Shown: positions 28,591 to 41,990 of the stretch, in pieces
Layout: each line of letters begins with the position of its first letter
Position numbering within the stretch: the first letter of the stretch is position 1
From: Tubiluchus corallicola
Lineage: Eukaryota; Animalia; Priapulida
Length of the DNA: 64,000 nt
Reading direction: 5' to 3'
Assembly: GCA_030141605.1 (NCBI GenBank)
Contig: JAQGDQ010000395.1
Span: forward strand, 124,001-188,000
Translations under genes and position numbers: made by a program
Notes under the pieces: generated by a model
What the model was told of the DNA's origin: nothing
The model's database searches: none
The model's input: only the letters and a program-made list of their open reading frames with translations

Positions 28591-28896
28591 TATTGTTTCA
28601 GTATAGCACAGTGGTTTGCATTTATAAAGCAGCTTGCCAACTATTGTTTCAGTATAGCACAGTGGTTTGCATTTATAAAGCAGCTTGCCAACTATTGTTT
28701 CAGTATAGCACAGTGGTTTGCATTTATAATGCAGCTTGCCAACTATTGTTTCAGTATAGCACAGTGGTTTGCATTTATAAAGCAGCTTGCCAACTATTTT
28801 TTCAGTATAGCACAGTGGTTTGCATTTATAAAGCAGCTTGCCAACTATTGTTTCAGTATATCACAGTGGTTTGCATTTATAAAGCAGCTTGCCAAC
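28591..28896. repeat. 51-bp minisatellite x6
   Basis: TATTGTTTCAGTATAGCACAGTGGTTTGCATTTATAAAGCAGCTTGCCAAC repeated. Confidence 0.96.
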
Positions 28897-30483
28897 TAAT
28901 AAAATGTTATAGAAGACCTCTGCGATATTCAGTCATGCAAATGTCATTTTTAATTGCTTCACCTGACCCGCAGAAAGAAACTCTACCTTGCTTTCGAATT
29001 TTACAAAAATTACGTCTGCTTAAACTTCTGACATTTTGTCTCACTTTGCAGACTGCTGATGGATGATGGTAAAGTTAAGTGACTTGAAGATGGTATAATT
29101 TCCATTTTCTTTTATACCTAAGTTATGTGTTTTTTGTCAAAGTGGTAAACACTGTCACCATTGATTTTAGCTATGTGCGATTGTAAGAAAAAGATGAAAA
29201 ATTAAGTTACATATTGCCACTGAGAAGAGAACTGCCAATAGACCCAACTTGTGAAAGTAACGTGCAACTGCAACTACATCACTAAGATGAAGAAAATAGC
29301 TGAGTGGTTACGATACTGCTTTGTGATCAAAGCAACACTGGATCTGCAAGCAAATGAATAGACGACCAGATGACTCGGTTTGGGGTGATTTTACTTAACG
29401 TATTACTTCTTACAATTCTTTCGATGAAGATGATGTATATGCCTGCAGACATGACTAAGACATTTCTCCCGGTTCATTATTTCACGTTATGCAATTAATT
29501 TTGATAATAATCTATGGTCCAGTCCTGCCACATTAATTAATATAATGTGTAGGGTGTAGTCCGTGTCCCACGTGATGCGAATGTTGAAAACTTAAGTGCT
29601 GAATACGGGCTTGCAGAGTGGATGCTGAATGGCATATCGAAACAGTAACTAGGAACTATACTAATTATTTTCAAAAAGTAATTAGTATAATATTAATTAA
29701 CTGGTTCTAAGATATTTAATACTTGAATGTCTGTGTTAATGCACTCATTATAATGCGAGCCTCGAGAATCTACGTTATTGATTTTCGAGTTTTCAAATAC
29801 TATTGCCATTTCAGAGGCTTTATAGCATTTTAACTGTGTGCGTGCCTTGCAAAAACACTCTCGTGTAAAGCTTGGAAATCCATACACACATTGTCATATA
29901 TTTCACATTATTTTAAAAGAATTGACAGATTATTCAATGGGAAAAAATTGCTGGCTTTCCGAAAGGGCGGATGAAGGCGGAACGCGCGCCCCCGCGACAG
30001 ACAACCTCCAACCTCCGAGACTTTCAGCGAGCGCACAAACCTGGTTCACATTTGAGCGTGTAAATTACTTGGCCAAGAACATGTTTTACCTTTTCTGTTA
30101 AACCAGAGATACGTTTTTTCGAAAAAAGTCACACATAATGGACATGCCGCTGAATCGTCTGAAAATAAACGACTTACTTATACAGCAGCTAATAAACCAA
30201 ATTGACTTCATCTAGAGAGTTGAGTCTGAGCAATTTATCTTTTTAATTTGCATTCGGCTCATTGAAACGCATCTTTTGGCAGATGGGTGAGTGGTTATTC
30301 TCCACTCATTAGTAAGCTAACGTTTGAGTCAACTAACTGCAATTCTATGACCTGAGCTATAATACTAAAGCTAAGAGGCATTTTTGTAACAATGTTTAGA
30401 TGAATTCCTTGTTCCTCTTTTCACTCAAATTAAAAGACTACCACGAATCTCTGGAACAATAGGGATAGCAGCTGTGGATTTAA

Positions 30484-31111
30484 AGGACCAGAAAAGAGGG
30501 ACCCGAAGTAGGTTTCAGAAAAATCGCCTTAAAAATTATGTTACTTTACAGCAATTTTATGCGTATATCTTTGTTTTTCTTTGTTTTCATTTTAAATCTC
30601 CCGAAATATTGTTCCGACCGCGCCATTCGTGACGTCATATACGCACAACGTAAATCAGGGGAAGAAAGGAAATGTTAAACTATGACCCAGAAAAACTTTC
30701 CATGCGAAATTATATTATCTAGAAAAGAAAATTATTGTTTTTTTAAATGTTTTCACCAATTTGTAAAATGTCACTGACTCACCTCCAGGATGCACCACTC
30801 AGTAACCAAAAAATGTATTTTTAATCTTATTGACAAGATACAGTAAATTAAAATTTCACTTAGTTAGTGACGTTTGCGAAACGAATGCCCTGATTATTTT
30901 TAAAACTTTACACCGTGTTATCTAAACTTGTTTCAAACGACTTACGGTCAAAATGGCTGCGTCTATTGGATATCGCGGAAGTTTAATTTACATGTCTTAT
31001 GCAGTGTTACTGCCGATGCAAGCCCTGTATACAAAAAGGCAGTGTGAAAGTGGTATAAAAATTCAAAACGAATTTTTTAAGCATTGTGAAAGTGAAGGGT
31101 ATTCTTGTCCT
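30484..31111 (+). mobile_element. Kolobok/T2-like MITE family A, copy 3
   Basis: TTAA|AGGACCAGAAAA ... TATTCTTGTCCT|TTAA. Confidence 0.86.
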
Positions 31112-31631
31112 TTAACTTGTAAATGAAAAATAATACATTCCTGTCTGGATCCAATACGCAGTTTTGTGGATCTATTTGCAATACGGATCGAATTTCGTAC
31201 GCATTTCCGGTATATGAAGATAGCCCTTGTACATTTCATGAAAAAACACATTTTGCAAGTTTTACAATTTCGTCAAGCCGTGTCAAATGAAATGCAACCT
31301 GCCTTCTCGTGAATTGACCGAATTTGACATACCAACCATAAGTCACGGCGAGAATTCTTCCAGAGAAACCAGATCGCGCAACATTTCCTTCTAAGTTTGA
31401 GAAGTTAAGCTGTCTGTGTTCCATGCAGTAACCTACCATTAGCAGTGACCTGACAGACGTTTTGTTCGTAATTCGAGACGTTTGACTGCATGTAAATTTA
31501 CTGATGCTCCTAGAGCACGTGGAAATGTTCTAGAACATGTTTTGATGATCAGCCTTTATTTAATAATATATCTTTGGTGATTCCTCTAAAAAAGTTAGCC
31601 CATGTACTGACAATGCGCAATGGCGTATGTG

Positions 31632-31771
31632 CAGCTGAGATGAACAACAGGTGCTTAGCGTAAGCACAGCAACCTCCAGCTGAGATGAACAACAGGTGCT
31701 TAGCGTAAGCACAGCAACCTCCAGCTGAGATGAACAACAGGTGCTTAGCGTAAGCACAGCTGGCTGAGATG
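31632..31771. repeat. 45-bp tandem repeat x3 with GTGCTTA-GCG-TAAGCAC hairpin
   Basis: Units at 31632, 31677 and 31722. Confidence 0.92.
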
Positions 31772-31870
31772 AAATGTCAAACAAGCATGCACGCAACAAG
31801 CTTCAGGTGCATGTACCACTTGAGGAGACGCCAATCATATCTTCGTTAACTGAATTATGACAAAGCTGTA

Positions 31871-31946
31871 TATGCCATGATCATCAACGATATTTCCTCT
31901 TTCTGCCTAATGAGCGTCGTTAAGTACCTAGTCATACAGTACTTAC

Positions 31947-31987
<41 letters not shown>

Positions 31988-31988
31988 C

Positions 31989-32023
<35 letters not shown>

Positions 32024-32039
32024 CGATGATGATGACGAT

Positions 32040-32080
<41 letters not shown>

Positions 32081-32162
32081 TGACGATGATAATGATGATA
32101 AATCATTATTTGCACAATATATACATTATGTAAAATTATTAAAAATTAAAAAATTAATTATT

Positions 32163-32218
<56 letters not shown>

Positions 32219-32487
32219 GCAACGCCTCTATTTGCAGACCGATAATTCTGCACTGTATCATATATACAACACAGTCAATTAGAATTATGTCCCTAATACA
32301 TGTACCACAAACTTGCTTATGAAACGTTTTAGCAATTAGATATAGATCCAGAGTGCATTCACTGGGATTATTTAGATTATACAATTATGAAAGTATTAAA
32401 AATTAAGAACTTTTCTACAAGCACACTTTACTTACAAATATATAAAAACAAGGAGTTTTGCTCAAATTTAGGATAAAACCAGGATAA
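31871..32487. repeat. Diverged local duplication unit containing (GAT/GAC)n, copy 1; minus strand resembles a LINE 3' end (AATAA + microsatellite tail)
   Basis: Homologous to 34461-35073 on both sides of the microsatellite; this copy has an extra (TA)n-containing insertion. Confidence 0.8.
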
Positions 32488-32612
32488 AAGAATTACAAGA
32501 ATTTGTGTAAAGGTCATTCATTATGGCAGACTTTTGCACAATAAGGACTAACCAGATAAGGCATCTTCTGTTAATTCTGTAGACTTCTTGGCGTCTGATA
32601 TACAATAGCTGA

Positions 32613-33163
32613 TGTTGTTGTTGGCATCCTTCTGTCTCGGAAGACAATGGAGTGTGTGCCAAGAGAGTCAGTTATTGATCACATTGATGGAGCTGCAGCG
32701 TCGACTGTGGCTGAGCAATCCGATCCTTGAAACGTCTCCAGGGCGCACGCCTGGGCAAGGTGTATGGAGTTCCTGAGTTGCCCAGACAACAGGAACCCCC
32801 TCTCTTCTTCCCTGGTGTAGTCCAAAGGAAAGCAGAGCGATACGTTTGGCACCAGGTTGGCTGCAGGAGCTGCCGGAGTCAGTGAGCATGCTGGACTGGT
32901 CCGCCTTCGGGGCTCCACTCCTGATTTGGAAGGTTTACTCCTCTACGCATGGCCGTTGGGTCACTTGACCTCCTCCGCCCTCTATCCATTGACTGCTTGT
33001 GCAGCTCCTCCGCCTAGTGTCAAGATACAGTGTGGGCATTCCGCAGGCCTAGAGCACCTGGTATTCCTAGGCGGTCACCCATCCAAGTACTAACCAGGCT
33101 CTACGTTGCTTAACTTCGGTGATTAGACGAGAACCGGTGTTTTCAACGTGATTTGGCCGTAGT
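32613..33163 (-). mobile_element. 5S-RTE SINE, copy 4
   Basis: Same architecture; TSD-like TGATATACAATA (32596-32607) / TGATACACAATA (33164-33175). Confidence 0.92.
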
Positions 33164-34460
33164 TGATACACAATAACAATATACAATACTGGTAATTATA
33201 CATTTTTAATAGTAATTTTTAGTAATCTTCGAACCAAGTAATATGTAAAAATTCAACGCTCCTTATCAATAGACTACGGTGGCAATTTTTTCAACGTGTT
33301 TTTGAGCCTGCTGTTTAAACCTTGACTAACCAAGGTTTGCAATCTCGCTTTAATTAACGTCATAACTATGAATAATAGTTAGTATGCCAGTTAATTAAAG
33401 TTAAATATTTTCTACTTACTTGCTCTAACGATAAAAAAGAAACATAAAAAAGGTTCATAAAATTTGAAAAAAAAACGGCTGATTTTGAACCTGTTCTGAT
33501 ATTTTGTGGCTGTGAAAAAAAGAGCAAAGCGCATCCTTCACTTCCGTTATGCACCTTCACGTTTCCCTACCTGTTAAATTTGGTCTTGCCCCTTTAACTG
33601 TCATCTGTCATGTGACCAGGTAGTTGGCCAGGTAGACATTACCTGGTATGCATTCAAGTTGATCTGATGTGAATGTTGTGAATTGATTTCTATTGCTTTT
33701 TTGCAAGTTATAAGCGTCAAAACTCAGGGAGACCACGTGTAAGTGTCTAATTATCTTTACTGAACTGCTTTATACAATTAGGGCTATTGCACTGTGATTT
33801 TTTTGTACAATTATAGACGAAAATCACGTAACCTAATTTAGTAATTTACCTGCATCAAACTTATGTTTTTCGCTAAAAACTTATTGCTGTAATTTATTAT
33901 TATTACAGACAATTTCTGCATATTAAACATATTTGGATGTTCTGGAGTTTAAATGTAGTACAACTTCTCCTGTTATTATTGTGTTAATGGCAGCATCCCG
34001 TGTAACATTTGCAAACACGACAACGTCATAAGTTTGCATTCGCTACCCCAAATTGGATTGCTATTACGGCGAGCAAATATTTAAAATAAAGTGATAAACC
34101 GAGTTTTATAGACGTGTAAATAGCTGAAACTGGCTAAAAGTTTGCTGACGGTGTCTGTGAATTGGATTTGAGCGTCATTTAGATATTTAAACTTGATTTG
34201 AAACAGGAGCAACATGAGATTAAAAGCAAAAAGGCAAATCTTGAAACTGAGGTATTGTATCCGAATCCTGGTTAAAGCATCAGGCTCACTGATCATAGTA
34301 ATTAATCAATAAAATAACACTGCCGGATACACATTCTCGTTCCAAACTGATTTAGAGAGGGTGGAGGGGGGTCAAGCGATACACTACAATGAAATCACCA
34401 GAGTTAGAGGGCAGGTCTGCATGTGTTGTATTAGCGCTAGGAAAAATGCTGCTCAAGCGA

Positions 34461-35073
<613 letters not shown>

Positions 35074-35380
35074 TTTTTTCCTGAGTTATACATATATGTA
35101 TATAAATGTATATAAATGTATAAATATAGCGTGAGCTAAAATTTATATTGTATTGCACGTTTGACCCTTTTACATCCCTTTACAAACTGATAGGATAAAA
35201 CAAACTACCTAGTAAAAAATGAAAGTACCTTGATGCTTTAGCTGACGTTGTCTTCTTCACACGTCAGGATTCTGGAGACACAAGCTGTGCCATCCATCCA
35301 CATGTCTTGGAGCAAGGGTCCATTTTGCTTAATTCCAACATTTGGGAATATGCGCACATTGTTCCCTTCAATATTAATTG

Positions 35381-35711
35381 TGGGAGTAACAAGAAGGGAT
35401 AAAATCAGGAATAGTAATATTAGAGGAACAGTGAAAGTAGTGGAAGCCTCGAAAAAGATACAAGAGGCAAGATTGCGATGGTATGGGCACCTGAGAAGAA
35501 GAGTCGGGGAAGATCACGTGGGAAGGGAGGTCATGGAAATGGAAGTGCTGGGAAATAGAAGAAGAGGACGACCCAAGCTGAGATGGTTTGAATGTATTAA
35601 CGGAGACCTTAGAGAGAAGGACATAAATGAAGAGATGGTCAACAACAGGAATGCATGGAGACGACTTATTCACAACGGCGACCCCGCATAGGGAAAAGCT
35701 TGGAAGAAGAA
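35381..35711 (+). mobile_element. 5'-truncated RTE-clade LINE insertion with perfect 20-bp TSD
   Basis: Encodes GVTRRDKIRNSNIRGT...EARLRWYGHLRRR...GNRRRGRPKLRW...NRNAWRRLIHNGDP*; (GAA)n tail; TSD GTTCCCTTCAATATTAATTG at 35361-35380 and 35712-35731. Confidence 0.95.
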
Positions 35712-35963
35712 GTTCCCTTCAATATTAATTGCAGAGTAACAGAAACATGAGAGACACCTCTGCAGGCGCAGGTCTGCTGGTAGTACGATGCTTAATTCTC
35801 ACAGTGCCCTGGTGTTCAAAATTTAATGTGTTTCCTTCAAACATTTACTGCTCGACTTATAAGGTCTACGCAGCATAAGCTTTAATTTTTGTCATGAACT
35901 TCCACTTTGCGACTCGGATGGGACTCTCTACATGGAAAAACACATAGCATCTATCTTATTTAG

Positions 35964-36493
35964 TGAAATGGATACAAAACACCAATTTAACGTGTTGACC
36001 AAAAGTGTCTTTATTCTGAAAGACAATTATTAACATTTAGTTTAACTTGCATTGAATAGAAGAAAATTAGTTGCATGATTAAATGTATTGCTATAACTAA
36101 GAACTGATATAAAAATTATGTAGACTATATTGAAATTAATTAACAATAACTTACGTTGTTAGAGCCTTTAACAGTTACAAAGACAGGAATGAGAACTCCA
36201 AGTAGCCTTAAGAACAACAATGTCACAACAATAAATTCGTAAGAAATTTACAGTCATAATGCTCATCACAGCCAGAAAAATAGAGCAATGGCGGAGAGAA
36301 CCAAAAGACGGGTAAAATGTCATACAACTACTACAGCTATAGCTCACGAAAGGCCAAAATGCTAATGTATTGAAGGATATTAGGTGCTTCAATTTTAAAA
36401 GAGTGACTACTGTAAAAAGCTAAATGCCTACTAAATAAACAAACAGGTGGCAGCATCGTGGCAGTAATTGAGAACTAAACTAAAACCAAAAAA
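35964..36493 (-). mobile_element. Dispersed ~525-bp repeat, LTR-3'-end-like, copy 2
   Basis: Highly similar to 20303-20829. Confidence 0.6.
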
Positions 36494-37445
36494 AAGGGGG
36501 GTATGCACCCACTACGTTTACCCTGTATCCCAAAGGTTCATTCATAATTTTCTGTTTATTTACGCAGAACACTCGTGGGCATAGACTCACTTTCTGAAGT
36601 ATGAAAACTTCTCTTACACTGACTCAAGCTTTTTATCCTGGAATGGTAGGACTCATAAGACCGGATACATCATCCCATTTTACTTCAGATGCATGCTTAG
36701 TTACATTTCATAGGGCTGTGACATTCAGGATAGGCAAGCAAGCGCTGATACCAACTCCCAGAAGACAGGTGAACATCTAGTTCTTTTAACAAACGCACTT
36801 CGTTACTGCTTGTTTGCAGTAACAGCGCGTCATTGACTTCAGTTTGTGGAATAGGTCGAGAAGGATGGGTTAAAAATATGGATAAACACGAATTTCTCGC
36901 GAAGTAAGCAAAAGATCACCGGAAATTCTAATTTGAAGACAGAATTCCGTTGAGTTTCAGCGTTCTCAAGGATTTTCATCTTAGTTAGCAAACATTGTAA
37001 CTCGCGTATCACTACAATAATCTACACTATATGAATAGAAAGTAACAGCTAGACAGGGCATATCCTATCTAAGATCTTATCTTAGATCCCATCTAAGTAA
37101 TCGATACGGAGATGTCGAGCACATAATGTGGGGATGAGCAGATTACTCATTTTGCACTATGAAACGGTTCACTCAGAAGGCTCTTTGCACTTTATAGCAA
37201 CCATTTTTGCTATTATGTCCTGCTTATATTGCAAATTGAGGCTGCTTGTTTTTCTACTAAAATTTCGTCTACTAAATTTTCATCTAACTTCTGCACTGTC
37301 GCGTTTACTACACAAACAAGAACAGGTTCATAACTGATCTCGCATGTGGATTTTTTTTGGGCCACATCTTCGTGTACTCGCAGACATTTTCTGACTAGTG
37401 TTAATGGGCTTATGGTTACAGTTTTACAGACCATTAAATCACCCC

Positions 37446-37503
37446 ATGCAAAAATATGTGTATTCTGATTATTCTGATGATAATGATGACGATGACGATG
37501 ACG

Positions 37504-37535
<32 letters not shown>

Positions 37536-37896
37536 GATGATGATATGCAAAAACATGTGTATTCTCATTATTCTGATGATAATAATGACGTTGATAATGA
37601 TAATGATGACGATGACGATGACGACGACGACGATGATGACGATGATGATAGTGGTGATGATGATGATGATGAGGATGATGATGATGATGATATGCAAAAA
37701 CATGTGTATTCTGATTATTCTGATGATAATAATGACGATGATGATGATAATGATGACGATGATGATAGTGGTGATGATTATGATGATGATGATGATGATG
37801 ATGATGATAATGATGATGATGATGAGGATGATGATGATGATGATATGCAAAACACATATTCTCATTATTCTGATGATAATGATGACGATGATGATA

Positions 37897-37928
<32 letters not shown>

Positions 37929-37970
37929 GACGATATGCAAAAATATGTGTATTCTGATTATTCTGATGAT

Positions 37971-38001
<31 letters not shown>

Positions 38002-38178
38002 ACGACGGCGACGACGATGATGATGGTGATGACGATGATGGTGATGATGATGATGATATGTAAAATATGTGTATGCTGATTATTCTGATGATAATGATGA
38101 CGATGATGATGATGATGATGACGACGACGACGACGATGATGATGATGATGATATGCAAAAATATGTGTATTCTGATTA
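37446..38178 (+). repeat. Compound minisatellite: conserved ATGCAAAAATATGTGTATTCTGATTATTCT head + variable (GAT/GAC)n, ~7 units
   Basis: Direct reading; the first five units are in frame and give an Asp-rich ORF (37398-38063). Confidence 0.92.
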
Positions 38179-38443
38179 GCACACAATTATCTTTGACGTT
38201 CGCAGAAACACAAAGTTAAGTTGAAGTGATAACTCTTCATAAAGCAATTCCCTTTTGTCATCTGCATTTTCCTTTATCTTACTACGAATCATTTCCCTGC
38301 CCTAATGTAACTTTTTTGGACTTTCAGAAATTCTTCATTTTGGAGTTCTTCCTTATATATCCATTAAAACAACCCGAACGTGAATTTTCTTCTGTTTTTT
38401 GTTACGTGGACAATATCGATACAGGTATGAAAACAATCTTTAA

Positions 38444-39062
38444 GGGAAGACAGGATGATTATTCATGTACTACCCCATTTTCAAATGAAATAAAAGTATG
38501 CATTTTAACGCAATTAATACTGCAAAAGCGTTTCTGGATATTAAATTACAGACTAAAAACTTATTTAACGGCGGACGAGCCCAACTATTGATGACATCAC
38601 AAACTAACATAAGTTTCAACAGCAAAAACATTCCACTATCGTGTTGCACGTGTTTGTGAAAGCGAAAATTGAAGTACAGTGCTACTGTAAGATATTCAGT
38701 GTGTTGTACTAAAACTTGGCAGGTTTTGAGATAAAAAAATTTCAAATTTACCGCTGTGCTCACGCATGACGAACGTGTGTTGTTCGTCACAAACTAAGAC
38801 ATCTGAACTGAGAGGTACAGCACTTTCTTTTTGTGCAATGCGCTTCCGAAATGCAGGCGCTAGTGCCGATATTTAATAATCGAAATAACGAATGGCGAAA
38901 TACGTGTAACAGTGAGGAACTAGTGGCTTGAACATGAAATAGTGTTTGTGTGGTAATAATTCTTTCGCGTAAGTAATTTTTGAAAAAAAAGTATGTTTCT
39001 TTTCAATATTTTAAAGAGTAGATTGTTTTGACCTACAGTTTAAGATTGGGTCCGGTTTTGCT
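38444..39062 (+). mobile_element. Kolobok/T2-like MITE family B, longest copy
   Basis: TTAA|GGGAAGACAGGATGATT ... TCCGGTTTTGCT|TTAA; homologs at 28132, 43165 and 45101. Confidence 0.82.
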
Positions 39063-40531
39063 TTAAGAATAGCTCATCTGGTCTGAACTCAGCCTACACT
39101 TGACAAAAGCTGCATGTAAATATGGTCTAAAAATATGTAAATATGGCCTATCTTTTTTCCAGATACGTTCAATTGTTTTCAAATCTTTATGGCAATGACA
39201 TGCAAGCACTCATGCTAGTCTTAAATATTTATAAGATAATACGTATGAAGAGCATCATTTCATAGCTGATTGCTGGTTATATATCTCCAACTTGTCAGAA
39301 GTTTCTCGTATTTAACATACGCTTGACATTTCATCAACCAAGACGCACAATCATCATTATCATTATTTTGCTTTAAGAACGTAGATTTCTATATAGGCGC
39401 AATTTGTCCTATTGAAATAAAAATCTGGAGTTCTTAATTCGTTTCTTGAGTTCTCGTACACTGACTCTGCTTCGGTATAAAGTTTTAGTGACAACGCAAA
39501 AATCTCACGTTTCAGTTTTACCGTCAAGAAATAGCGAGTATAAGCTGACATTAAACGGTTTTTATTGCACCGTGAGCCGCTTATAACTCAGATTTATGCG
39601 TACAGCGTGACATGGCATTACGAGCCTGAAATTATACACTTTATGATCAATGAAAACACGCTAATTATTCACATAACGAGAAAAACGCGAGCGACCATAA
39701 AATAGTCGACGTGCGAAGATTTTATTTTGCATTAAAAATTAAAATTTTCTGTCCTATTACATCGTTTTTTCCTTATTGAAAGAGGTAAATTACCAGAGAT
39801 TGCATTTTAAAACACAGTAGGCTTCGAAGTTCATCATGAATTTTATTGCAGCTCAGGCGTTTTTCAAATAATTTGAAGGAAGCTGTAACGAGCTGACAAT
39901 TAACCCAATAAGAATGTTTGTCATCAACTGAGATGACCCAATGCCTGGTTCTCGAGGCAGTCAACAAGCTGACCCGTTCCTTTCCATAACCTCAATCATA
40001 AATGAAAATCATGAAGTTATAACGCTGTTCACTCCTTGAGGGTTTAGTCTCACAACTGTAAAATTGCAAAGCTGTGAAAGTAAAGCGAGCTCTTTCCCTA
40101 ATACTACTCAACTAAACCGTGAAACCATTTCATAGATGTGCACTAAATCGGCGATAAGTCCCTAACAAAGGACTGGGTGTTATGTTTAGGATACCTGAAA
40201 TGCGTTAGGGGAACAAGCAAAAGTAAACAAACGCAGAAATTTCGATAAACATAAAACATCTAAGCATTTGTTATGGCGCTCAATAAAGACATAGACTTAC
40301 GAAGCCTAAATTTTACGAAAATAAATAAAATACGCCCACAATTCATAACAAAAAGTTTATTGATTTAAAGTCAGAAAATGTCAATTATATATTACAGGAT
40401 GATATTTTAGAATGAACATTATAGGAAGTTCGAAGAAATAATCAGAACATTTGTAGCGTACATTTCACTAACTAAGTAAAAGTATGAATCACTTTGTCAA
40501 GAAGACTGACAACATATTTTCTGCTCAGCTA

Positions 40532-41344
40532 GTGACGTTTTGAGGTTCACACTGTAATAGTGAAACGGTGACGTTTTGAGGTTCACACTGTAATAGTGAA
40601 ACAGTGACGTTTAAGGTGCACAATGTAATAGTGAAACAGTGACGTTTAAAGTGCACACTGTAATAGTGAAACGGTGACGTTTAAGGTTCACACTGTGATA
40701 GTGAAACAGTGACGTTTAAGGAGCACATTGTGACAGTGAAACAATGACGTTTAAGGTGCACACTGTGATAGTGAAGCAGTGACGTTTAAGGTGCACACTG
40801 TGTAGTGAAACAGTGACGTTTAAGGTACACATTGTGACAGTGAAACAATGACGTTTAAGGTGCACACTGTGATAGTGAAACAGTGACGTTTAAGGTGCAC
40901 ACTGTGATAGTGAAACAGTGACGTTTAAGGTTCACACTGTGACAGTGAAGCAGTGACGTTTAAGGTGCACACTGTGTAGTGAAACAGTGACGTTTAAGGT
41001 TCGCACTGTGATACTGAAACAGCGACGTTTAAGGTGCACATTGTGACAGTGAAACAATGACGTTTAAGGTGCACACTGTGATAGTGAAGCAGAGACGTTT
41101 AAGGTGCACACTGTGATAGTGAAACAGTGACGTTTAAGGTACACATTGTGACAGTGAAACAATGACGTTTAAGGTGCACACTGTGATAGTGAAACAGTGA
41201 CGTTTAATGTGCACACTGTGATAGTGAAACAGTGACGTTTAAGGTTCACACTGTGATAGTGAAACAGTCACTTTAAGGTGCACACTGTGATAGTTAAACA
41301 GTGACTTTAAGATGCACACTGTGTTAGTGAAACAGTGACGTTTT
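40532..41344. repeat. 35-bp minisatellite x~23 (GTGACGTTTAAGGTGCACACTGTGATAGTGAAACA) inside an old MITE-A-like remnant
   Basis: 35/36-bp period; flanks 40453-40530 and 41345-41475 resemble consecutive segments of MITE family A. Confidence 0.93.
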
Positions 41345-41990
41345 ATGAGCTGGCACGAACATTTTAAGTTAAAAAAACTTCCTTTTCAATTTCTTCAAAC
41401 AGGTAAGCGTAATATGCTAATTAATATAACTTCGTACCGAAAGTTTTTTTGAGACATACTTTAAAATCCTTTCCACTTTAATATTAAGTCTTTTGTTATT
41501 AATACCATCTAAAACTACTATAGTACTATGGGGTTTGTGGCAGCATAGTGCTGTTCGGGTTTGAATATTTTGCTCAGCTTCATTTTGACAATTATGTCAA
41601 GCTAAATTTCTATTTTCTTCATAGCACAAAAACAGTATTTGTTTCCATAAATTTGTTTTATTATTTTTTTATTTTTACCCGATTTTGTGAAAGCGCCTTA
41701 AGTTTTCAGGCCTTGGGTATAATACCTCACCAAGAAATCCGGGTAATTGGATTTCTGAAAGAACAAATTGCAATAAAAATAATATTTTCCGCCGCAAAAC
41801 ACTTTGCTCAGGAAACAAGCGGAAAGCAACGTCAAGTTTCACACACATGTCAGGCGCAAATGTGCAAAATGTGCCATTGTCAGATTTGAAACTGAAAGAA
41901 ACGAGTTAAACCAGTTGGCTAGAAGGTAGAAATAGTAAAAGCAATAGGCCTTGTACGGCGTCATTTAGCCAGCAGATTTTCTGAGTCTTA

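Noticed and set aside
28551-29066. Repeat protein LFQYSTVVCIYKAACQL; also the ORFs over 42088-42675 and 54525-55057
   Set aside because: By-products of minisatellites; no synonymous-biased divergence and no domain similarity.
29050-29460. Micro-exon (TTTGCAG|17 nt|GTAAAG) and downstream exon-like sequence
   Set aside because: Stops occur in all frames and no protein is recognisable; such splice-like motifs are expected by chance.
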